64,000 nucleotides of DNA, taken from Eledone cirrhosa. Its lineage: Eukaryota. Shown here piece after piece: positions 52,473 to 62,000 of the stretch (position 1 is its first letter; each line of letters starts with the position of its first letter). Both the position numbers and the translations under genes were made by a program. The DNA is taken from NCBI GenBank assembly GCA_964016885.1, contig OZ024740.1, positions 9,300,001 through 9,364,000 on the forward strand, given 5' to 3'. The notes beneath the pieces were generated by a model. It did not search any database and had not been told where the DNA came from. It worked only from the letters and a program-made list of their open reading frames with translations.

Positions 52473-55400
52473 ATGCCAAAGATAAAGACAAATTCACCTC
52501 TTGGACGAGAATGCAAGCACTCCTCATTGTTTCGACCGCGGACGGCTAACATAACCCCATCGCCCCCCGCCCCTCACCGCCCCCAACCCCCAAACGCAAT
52601 CCAAAACTTCAGAGTTGGTACCATAAATGTAGGCACCCTAAAGGGTCGCGCTAACGAGGTTGTAGAAATGCTTGAACGTAAGGAGGTCGATGTTTGTTGT
52701 ATTCAAGAGACCAGGTGGAGGGGTGGGTCTGCTAGGTTCATTGAGGGTAAAAAACGATGTTATAAGCTTTTCTGGGTGGGAAACGACGATGGGCTGGGTG
52801 GAGTAGGAATCATGGTAGCAGAAAAGTGGGCAGATAAGATAATAGACGTAAATAGAGTGAACGACAGAATAATTAAAATACGACTTGTCCTCAATAGAAC
52901 TACGGTGACAGTAATATCTGCGTACGCACCCCAATCCGGACTGCCCGGCACTATAAAAGACAGATTCTATGAGACACTGATGCTAACTACCTCCCAAATA
53001 TCCGACAGTGACTATATAATTATCGCAGGCGACCTAAATGGTCACGTTGGACAACATTGTGACGGTTACGACGAAATCCATGGAGGCTATGGGTTTGGTA
53101 CTAGAAATGAGGAAGGCGCCAGAATCCTGGAATTCTGTGATGCAAATAACCTAACTATCTGTAACACTAACTTCAAAAAACGTGACAATCACCTGATCAC
53201 CTATAGATCCGGGGAACACACAAGCCAGGTAGATTATATCTTTACCAGAAGACGTGACAGAGTGTCTGTTGTTAACACTAAATCCCTCCCCCATGAAGAA
53301 TGCACCTCCCAACATAGACTGATAATTAGCGACCTCATAGTCAGGACGAGACGTACTCGACAACAGAAGAGGACTATCCTCAGGAGGAAAATATGGAAGC
53401 TAAAGGACCCCACAGCCAGGAATAAATTTCAAAGCATATTACTTGATGCTTTCGACAGTAAGGAAGAACATTTAGAGTCGGACAATATAGAGGGAGAGTG
53501 GGAATTTCTGAAAGCAAACCTGCTGTTGGCGACAGACGAGGTCTGTGGCTGGAGCAGGCCTGTAGGCAGGAGGAGAGTAACATGGTGGTGGAACAGTAAG
53601 GTGGAGGGGTCAATTAAGGCCAAAAAGCAGGCTTGGAAAGTATGGCGGGATGGGGGAAGTAGAGAGGACTATCAAGTGGCCAGGAGGGAAGCTAGGAGAC
53701 AAGTGTACTTAGCAAGAAGGGAAGCTGAGGAAAGAAAGTTCAAGCATGTTCTACAACGCGATGACCAAAAACGTGAGGTGTTCAGGATTGCTAGGCAATG
53801 CGTCAAGGAAAACCGTGATATTGTCGGGGAGAAGTGTGTACTAAACGACGATGGCACACTTGCCATCACCGACGCTGATAAGAAGGTAGCTTGGAAGTGT
53901 CACTATGAAAGGCTACTAAATGAGGAGAATAATTGGGAGAAAGGCAGTCTCCCCCATATCGACCCAATAGAGGGACAAGCAGTGTTAGTCGAGGGGAGTA
54001 TAATAAGTAAGGCAATCAAGGATATGAAGACTGGTAAGGCGGCTGGGCCTTCGGAAATAGTTGCTGAGATGCTGAAGGCATCTGGCACGGTGGGACACAC
54101 CATGGTCACCCGCATAGTTAACCAAGTCGTACAGAATGGGGTTGTTCCGAAGGACTGGCATAGCAGCATCATCGTTAACTGTTATAAGGGTAAAGGAGAC
54201 GCCCTAGATAGGAGTAACTATAGAGGCATTAAATTAATCGACCAGGTCATGAAGGTCACGGAAAAAGTAATAGCGCAACTAATCAGAGAGAGAATTGACC
54301 TAGATGAAATGCAGTTCGGGTTTGTGTCAGGCAAAAGTACCACAGACGCTCTTTTCATAGTACGACAACTACAGGAGAAGTACCTAGCTAAAGGTAAACC
54401 CCTCTACTTAGCTTTTGTCGACTTGGAGGAAGCCTTCGACAGAGTCCCCCGCTCCATTATCTGGTGGGCTCTTAGAAAACTAGGCGTTGACGAATGGCTT
54501 GTGAGGGCTATACAAGCCATGTATAAAGAAACAGTCAGCAAGGTTAGAATTAACAACGAATATAGTGAAGAGTTTAGCGTAAAAGTTGGCGTCCATCAGG
54601 GCTCTGTTCTCAGTCCACTACTATTTATTATTGCCCTTCAGGCTATAACAGAGGAGTTCAAGACAGGCTGCCCATGGGAACTCCTATACGCAGACGACCT
54701 GACACTCATAGCGGAATCAATGGCCGAACTAGAGAAGAAATTCCAAACATGGAAGCACGGCCGAGAGTCAAAAGGACTTAAAATTAACCTGGCTAAGACC
54801 AAAGTACTAGTTTGTAGGAAAGAAAACAAGGCGGCGGTCCCTTCTGGGAAATGGTCGTGCTCGGTGTGTAGGAAAGGCGTAGGTAGAAACTCCATTTTAT
54901 GTCCTAAATGCAAAGTATGGGTGCATAAAAGATGTAGTGGGATCACAGGTAAGCTAACTAAGAACATAGATTTTACATGTGGCCGGTGCTCTGGTGCAAT
55001 AAGTAGCAGCAAGTGCCCAAAAACTACCAGCTCTTTCAATTGCGCAGAGGGTTCTATAGAAATAGTGGACAGCTTCCGTTACCTGGGCGATAAAATCAGC
55101 AGTGGGGGAGGGTGCTCTGAAAGTACTGTAGCTAGAGTCAGAACTGGGTGGAAAAAGTTCAGAGAGCATATACCACTATTAGCTGCTAAAGGGTTCTCAC
55201 TAAAAATGAAAGGCAGGTTGTACGATGCCTGCATACGAACAGCAATGCTGCATGGCAGTGAGACCTGGGCATTGTGTGCAGAGGATATACGCAGACTAGA
55301 GAGGAACGAAGCTTGCATGCTCCGCTGGATGTGTAACAGTAATATACGTGAACGGCAAAGCATAAACGAACTAAGGAAAAAATTAGAGATAAGAGGGATC

Positions 55401-55643
55401 AGATGTTGTTTACTCGAGAGAAGGCTACGTTGGTATGGACACGTGATGCGCATGAAAGTCGATAGCTGTATAACAAAGTGCAGGGCAATAAAGATAGACG
55501 GTAGTCACGGAATAGGCAGACCTAGAAAAACCTGGGACGAGCTGATAAACTCCGACATCACACACTTACACCTCTCCAAGACAATGTCACTGGACCGAGA
55601 CCTTTGGCGGTACTCAGTAACAGAGAAGACCCGCCTTACCTAA
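52473..55643 (+). CDS. Non-LTR retrotransposon polyprotein: AP-endonuclease + reverse transcriptase with inserted PHD-like zinc finger (1056 aa)
   Basis: APE motifs GTINVGTL, CCIQETRW, SAYAP, GDLNGH, QVDYI, SQHRL. RT motifs YRGIKL, QFGF, DLEEAFD, QGSVLSPLLF, YADD, KTK, FRYLG. C-terminal RLRWYGHVMR and GRPRKTW. No stops or frameshifts. Confidence 0.96.
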   Translation: MPKIKTNSPLGRECKHSSLFRPRTANITPSPPAPHRPQPPNAIQNFRVGTINVGTLKGRANEVVEMLERKEVDVCCIQETRWRGGSARFIEGKKRCYKLFWVGNDDGLGGVGIMVAEKWADKIIDVNRVNDRIIKIRLVLNRTTVTVISAYAPQSGLPGTIKDRFYETLMLTTSQISDSDYIIIAGDLNGHVGQHCDGYDEIHGGYGFGTRNEEGARILEFCDANNLTICNTNFKKRDNHLITYRSGEHTSQVDYIFTRRRDRVSVVNTKSLPHEECTSQHRLIISDLIVRTRRTRQQKRTILRRKIWKLKDPTARNKFQSILLDAFDSKEEHLESDNIEGEWEFLKANLLLATDEVCGWSRPVGRRRVTWWWNSKVEGSIKAKKQAWKVWRDGGSREDYQVARREARRQVYLARREAEERKFKHVLQRDDQKREVFRIARQCVKENRDIVGEKCVLNDDGTLAITDADKKVAWKCHYERLLNEENNWEKGSLPHIDPIEGQAVLVEGSIISKAIKDMKTGKAAGPSEIVAEMLKASGTVGHTMVTRIVNQVVQNGVVPKDWHSSIIVNCYKGKGDALDRSNYRGIKLIDQVMKVTEKVIAQLIRERIDLDEMQFGFVSGKSTTDALFIVRQLQEKYLAKGKPLYLAFVDLEEAFDRVPRSIIWWALRKLGVDEWLVRAIQAMYKETVSKVRINNEYSEEFSVKVGVHQGSVLSPLLFIIALQAITEEFKTGCPWELLYADDLTLIAESMAELEKKFQTWKHGRESKGLKINLAKTKVLVCRKENKAAVPSGKWSCSVCRKGVGRNSILCPKCKVWVHKRCSGITGKLTKNIDFTCGRCSGAISSSKCPKTTSSFNCAEGSIEIVDSFRYLGDKISSGGGCSESTVARVRTGWKKFREHIPLLAAKGFSLKMKGRLYDACIRTAMLHGSETWALCAEDIRRLERNEACMLRWMCNSNIRERQSINELRKKLEIRGIRCCLLERRLRWYGHVMRMKVDSCITKCRAIKIDGSHGIGRPRKTWDELINSDITHLHLSKTMSLDRDLWRYSVTEKTRLT
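54852..54989 (+). other. PHD-type C4HC3 zinc-finger coding segment within the RT
   Basis: C-x2-C-x10-C-x2-C-x4-H-x2-C-x14-C-x2-C, with W-x-H and F-x-C, located between KTKVL and FRYLG. Confidence 0.8.
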
Positions 55644-55788
55644 ATATATAGTAAAACCTACTCCAGCCAGTAGGCATCTCTAACAAAATACACCCCGTCC
55701 CACCACCACCACCCCCACCCGATCCACACCACCCCGTTCTATGTAAAGTTATGTTGGTGCCGCGCCATCGAGGCCGAAACAAATGAGA

Positions 55789-56012
55789 TCGTGTAGGTGT
55801 CACGACAAAAAAACACACAGTCCACGCTGTAATGTGGCCGTGTAGGCAACACGGTAAAAACCTCCCAGACCCACACTGTAAATGTGGTTGGTGTTAGGAA
55901 GGGCATCCAACTGTAGAAAACCTGCCAGACAGTCCTATGCGAGCAAGACAATCACTCTTGCCTCAAGTGGGACTACCCCCGTCCAAACCCATGCAAGCAT
56001 GGAACACGGACG
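55789..56012 (+). other. Structured 3' UTR module of the LINE (serial hairpins plus terminal stem-loop), shared with the SINE
   Basis: Stems TCGTG/CACGA, CCAC/GTGG, CCGTGT/ACACGG, CCACA/TGTGG, GTTGG/CCAAC, and CGTCC/GGACG enclosing CCATGC-AA-GCATGG. The SINE copy shows compensatory changes. Confidence 0.75.
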
Positions 56013-56043
56013 TTAAACGTTGATGATGATGATGATGATGATG

Positions 56044-59000
56044 ATATCAGTTTCGATTGGTATGTCAGTTTCTATTATTATGTCAGTTTCAATTGGTATA
56101 TCAGTTTCGATCGGTATGTAAGTTTTATTGGTATGTCAGTTTTGATTGGTATATCAGTTTTGGTTGGTATGTCAGTTTCGATTGGGATGTCAGTTTCTAT
56201 TGGTATATCAGTTTCGATTGGTATGTCAGTTTCTATTGGTATATCAGTTTTGATAAGTATATCAGTTTCTATTGGTATGTCAGTTTCGATTGGTATGTCT
56301 GTTTCGATTGGTATATCAGTTTCGAATGGTATGTCAGTCTCGATTAGTATGTCCGTTTTGATTGCTATAGCAGTTTCTATTTGTATGTCAGTTTCGATTT
56401 GTATGTCAGTTTCTATTGGTATATCAGTTTCATTTGGTGTGTTTATTTCTATTGGTATGTCAGTTTCGATTAGTATATAAATTTCTATTGGTATGTTAGT
56501 TTCGATTGGTATGTTAGTTCTCGATTTGTATGTTAGTTTCTATTGGTATATCAGTTTCGATTGGTATGTCAGTTTCGATTAGTATATCAGTTACTACTTG
56601 TATGTCAGTTTCTATTGCTATATCAGTTTTGATTGGTATATCAGTTTCGATTGGTATGTCTGTTTCGATTGGTATATCAGTTTCGATTGGTATGTCAGTT
56701 TCGATTGGTATGTAAGTTTCGATTAGTATATCTGTTTCGAATGGTATGTCAGTTTTGATTGGTATATCAGTTTCGATTGGTATGTCAGTTTCGATTGGTA
56801 TGTAAGTTTCGATTAGTATATCAGTTTCGAATGGTATGTCAGTTTTGATTGGTATATCAGTTTCGATTGGTATGTCAGTTTCGATTGGTATGTCAGTTTT
56901 GTTTGGTATATCAGTTTCGATTAGTATGTCAGTTTCTATTGGTATATCGGTTTCCATTGCTATATCAGTTTCGATTGGTATTTCAGTTTCTATGGGTGTA
57001 TCAGTTTCTATTTGTATGTCAGTTTCAATTGGTATGTCAGTTTCTATTGGTATATCAGTTTTAACTGGTATGTTAGTTTCTATTGGTATGTCAGTTTCGA
57101 TTAGTATGTTAGTTTCTATTGGTATGTCATTTTCGATTGGTATGTTAGTCCTCGATTGGTATATCAGTTTCTATTGATATGTCAATTTCGATTGGTATGT
57201 CAGTTTCGATTGTTATGTATGTTTCGATTAATATATCAGTTTCGATTGGTATGTCAGTTTCTATTGGTATGTTTGTTTCGATTGGTATATCAGTTTCTAT
57301 TGGTATGTCAATTTCGATTGGTATGTCAGTTTAGATTGGTATATCAGTTTCGATTGGTATGTCAGTTTCTATTATTATGTCAGTTTCAATTGGTATATCG
57401 GTTTCGATTGTTATGTAAGTTTTATTGTTATTTCAGTTTCGATTGGTATATCAGTTTCGAACGGTATGTCAGTTTCGATTGGTATGTCAGTTTTCGATTG
57501 GTATATCAGTTTCGATTAGTATGTCAATTTCTATTGGTATATCAGTTTCGATTGGTATGTCAGTTTCTATTGGTATATCAGTTTGTATTGGTGTGTCTTT
57601 TTCTATTAGTATGTCAGTTTCTATTGGTATATCAGTTTCGATTGATATATCAGTTTCTATTGGTATGTCAGTTTCGATTGGTATGTCAGTTTCTATTGTT
57701 ATGTCAGTTTCGATTGGTATGTCTGTTTCGATTGATATATCAGTTTCTATTGGTATGTCAGTTTCGATTGGTATGTCAGTTTCTATTGTTATATCAGTTT
57801 CGATTGGTATGTCAGTTTCGATTGGTATGTCAGTTTCGATTGATATATCAGTTTCGATTGTTATGTCAGTTTCTATTGGTATATCAGTTTCGATTGTTAT
57901 GTCAGTTTCGATTATTATATCAGTTTATATTGGTATGTCAGTTTCTATTGGTATGTCAGTTTCGATTGGTATGTCAGTTTCTATTGTTATGTCAATTTCG
58001 ATTGGTATGTCAGTTTAGATTGGTATATCAGTTTCGATTGGTATGTCAGTTTCTATTATTATGTCAGTTTCAATTGGTATATCGGTTTCGATTGTTATGT
58101 AAGTTTTATAGTTATTTCAGTTTCGATTGGTATATCAGTTTCGATTGGTATGTCAGTTTAGATTGGTATATCAGTTTCGATTGGTATGTCAGTTTCGATA
58201 GGTATGTAAGTTTCGATTAGTATATCAGTTTCGAATGGTATGTCAGTTTTATTGGTATGTCAATTTCGATTGGTATATCAGTTTCGGTTGGTATGTTAGT
58301 TTCGATTGGTATATCAGTTTCTGTTGGTATGTCAGTTTCGATTAGTATATCAGTTTCTGTTGGTATGTCAGTATATATTGGTATGTCAGTTTTTATTGGT
58401 ATATCAGTTTCGATTGTTATATCAGTTTCGATTGTTATGTCAGTTTCGATTGGTATGTCAGTTTCGATTGATATATCAGTTTCGCTTGTTATGTCAGTTT
58501 CTATTGGTATATCAGTTTTTACTGGTATGTTCGTTTCTATTGGTATGTCAGTTTCGATTAGTGTATTAGTTTCTATTGGTATGTCATTTTCGATTGGTAT
58601 GGTAGTCCTCGATTTGTATGTCTGTTTCGATTGATATATCAGTTTCTATTGGTATGTCAGTTTCGATTGGTATGTCAGTTTCTATTGTTATGTCAGTTTC
58701 GATTGGTATGTCTGTTTCGATTGATATATCAGTTTCTATTGGTATGTCAGTTTCGATTGATATGTCAGTTTCTATTGTTATATCAGTTTCGATTGGTATG
58801 TCAGTTTCGATTGGTATGTCAGTTTCGATTGATATATCAGTTTCGATTGTTATGTCAGTTTCTATTGGTATATCAGTTTCGATTGTTATGTCAGTTTCGA
58901 TTATTATATCAGTTTATATTGGTATGTCAGTTTCTATTGGTATGTCAGTTTCGATTGGTATGTCAGTTTCTATTGTTATGTCAATTTCGATTGGTATGTC

Positions 59001-62000
59001 AGTTTAGATTGGTATATCAGTTTCGATTGGTATGTCAGTTTCTATTATTATGTCAGTTTCAATTGGTATATCGGTTTCGATTGTTATGTAAGTTTTATTG
59101 TTATTTCAGTTTCGATTGGTATATCAGTTTCGATTGGTATGTCAGTTTAGATTGGTATATTAGTTTCGGTTGGTATGTTAGTTTCGATTGGTATATCAGT
59201 TTCTGTTGGTATGTCAGTTTCGATTAGTATATCAGTTTCTGTTGGTATGTCAGTATCTATTGGTATGTCAGTTTTTATTGGTATATCAGTTTCGATTGTT
59301 ATATCAGTTTCGATTGGTATGTCAGTTTCGATTGGTATGTCAGTTTCGATTGATATATCAGTTTCGATTGTTATGTCAGTTTCTATTGGTATATCAGTTT
59401 TGACTGGTATGTTCGTTTCTATTGGTATGTCAGTTTCGATTAGTGTATTAGTTTCTATTGGTATGTCATTTTCGATTGGTATGGTAGTCCTCGATTTGTA
59501 TGTCTGTTTCGATTGATATATCAGTTTCTATTGGTATGTCAGTTTCGATTGGTATGTCAGTTTCTATTGTTATGTCAGTTTCGATTGGTATGTCTGTTTC
59601 GATTGATATATCAGTTTCTATTGGTATATCAGTTTCGATTGGTATGTCAGTTTCTATTGTTATATCAGTTTCGATTTGTATGTCAGTTTCGATTGGTATG
59701 TCAGTTTCGATTGATATATCAGTTTCGATTGTTATGTCAGTTTCTATTGGTATATCAGTTTTGACTGGTATGTTCGTTTCTATTGGTATGTCAGTTTCGA
59801 TTAGTGTATTAGTTTCTATTGGTATGTCATTTTCGATTGGTATGGTAGTCCTCGATTTGTATATCAGTTTCGATTGGTATGTCAGTTTCTATTGGTATGT
59901 CAGTTTCGATTGGTATGTCAGTTTCTATTGTTATGTCAATTTCGATTGGTATGTCAGTTTAGATTGGTATATCAGTTTCGATTGGTATGTCAGTTTCTAT
60001 TATTATGTCAGTTTCAATTGGTATATCGGTTTCGATTGTTATGTAAGTTTTATTGTTATTTCAGTTTCGATTGGTATATCAGTTTCGGTTGGTATGTCAA
60101 TTTTAAATTAGTATATGAGTTTCTATTGGTATGTCAGTTTCGATGGTATATCAGTTTCGAATGGTATGTCAGTTTGGATTGGTATGTCAGTTGGGATAGG
60201 TATATCAGTTTCGATTGATATATCAGTTTCGATTACTATGTCAGTTTCTATTGGTATGTCAGTTTCGATTAGTATATCAGTTTCGATTGCTATGTTAGTT
60301 CTCGATTTGTATGTCAGTTTCCATTTGTATATCAGTTTCGATTGGTATGTCTGTTTCGATTGTTATGTCAGTTTCTATTGGAATATCAGTTTCGATTGTT
60401 ATGTCAGTTTCGATTATTATATCAGTTTATATTGGTATGTCAGTTTTTATTGGTATGTCAGTTTTTATTGGTATATCGGTTTCCATTGGTATATCAGTTT
60501 CCATTGGTATGTCAGTTTCTATTGGTATATCAGTATCGATTGGTATGTCAGTTTCTATTGGTATGTCAGTGACAATTAGTATATCAGTTTTAATTGGTAT
60601 TTCAGTTTTATTGGTATGTCAATTTCGATTGGTATGTCAGTTTCGATTGGTATATCAGTTTCGAATGGTATGTCAGTTTCGATTGGTATGTCAGTTTCGA
60701 TTGGTATATCAGTTTCGATTAGTATGTCAATTTCTATTGGTATATCAGTTTCGATTGGTATGTCAGTTTCTATTGGTATATCAGTTTGTATTGGTATGTC
60801 AGTTTCTATTAGTATGTCAGTTTCTATTGGTATATCAGTTTCGATTGGTATATCAGTTTCGGCTGGTATGTTATTTTCGATTGTTTTGTCAGTTTCTATT
60901 GGTATATCAGTTTCGGCTGGTATGTTATTTTCGATCGGTATGTTAGTCCTCGATTTGTATGTCAGTTTCTATTGGTATATCAGTTTCAATTAGTATATCA
61001 GTTACTATTTGTATGTCAGTTTCTATTGGTATACCAGTTTCGATTGGTATATCAGTTTCGATTGGTATGTCAATTTCGATTGGTATATCAGTTTCGATTG
61101 GTATATCAGTTTCGATTGGTATGTCAGTTTCGATTGGTACGTAAGTTTCGATTGGTATATCAGTTTCGATTGTTATGTCAGTTTCTATTGGTATATCAGT
61201 TTCGGCTGGTATGTTATTTTCGATCGGTATGTTAGTCCTCGATTTGTATGTCAGTTTCTATTGGTATATCTGTTTCAATTAGTATATCAGTTACTATTTG
61301 TATGTCAGTTTCTATTGGTATATCAGTTTCGATTGGTATATCAGTTTCGATTGGTATATCAGTTTCGATTGGTATTTCAGTTTCTACAGGTATGTAAGTT
61401 TCGATTAGTATATCAGTTTCGAATGGTATGTCAGTTTTATTGGTATGTTAATTTCGATTGGTATATCAGTTTCGGTTGGTATGTTAGTTTCGATTGGTAT
61501 ATCAGTTTCTGTTGGTATGTCAGTTTCGATTAGTATATCAGTTTCTGTTGGTATGTCAGTTTCTCTTGGTATGTCAGTTTTTATTGGTATATCAGTTTCG
61601 ATTGTTATATCAGTTTCGATTTGTATGTCAGTTTCGATTGGTATGTCAGATTCGATTGATATATCAGTTTCGATTGTTATGTCAGTTTCTAATAGTATAT
61701 CAGTTTTGACTGGTATGTTAGTTTCTATTGGTATGTCATTTTCGATTGGTATGTTAGTCCTCGATTTGTATGTCTGTTTCTATTGGTATATCAGTTTCGA
61801 TTGGTATGTCAGTTTCGATTGGTATGTCAGTTTCGACTGGTATATCAGTTTCTATTGCTATGTCAGTTTCGATTGTTATGTCAGTTTCTATTGGTATATC
61901 TGTTTCGATTGATATATCAGTTTCGATTTGTATATCAGTTTTGATTGGTATGTCAGTTTCTATTATTATGTCAGTTTCTATTGGTATATCAGTTTCGATT

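Larger units (their letters stand above)
51722..56043 (+). mobile_element. Full-length or near full-length RTE-like non-LTR retrotransposon (~4.3 kb)
   Basis: ~750-bp 5' region, single APE-RT ORF, ~400-bp 3' UTR, (TGA)8 tail from 56021. ATAT at 51718-51721 and 56044-56047. A single ORF with a short-repeat tail is typical of the RTE group; the clade is inferred, not tested by a tree. Confidence 0.95.

Noticed and set aside
52494-52556. Possible HDV-like ribozyme near the ORF start (CACTCCTCATTG...GGCTAAC)
   Set aside because: I could not build consistent P1/P2/P1.1 pairings by eye. It needs a descriptor search (e.g. RNArobo) before any claim.
52638-55951. Short antisense ORFs within the LINE copies
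   Set aside because: They are shadows of the sense ORF or UTR, repeated only because the copies are near-identical, and have no recognisable motifs.
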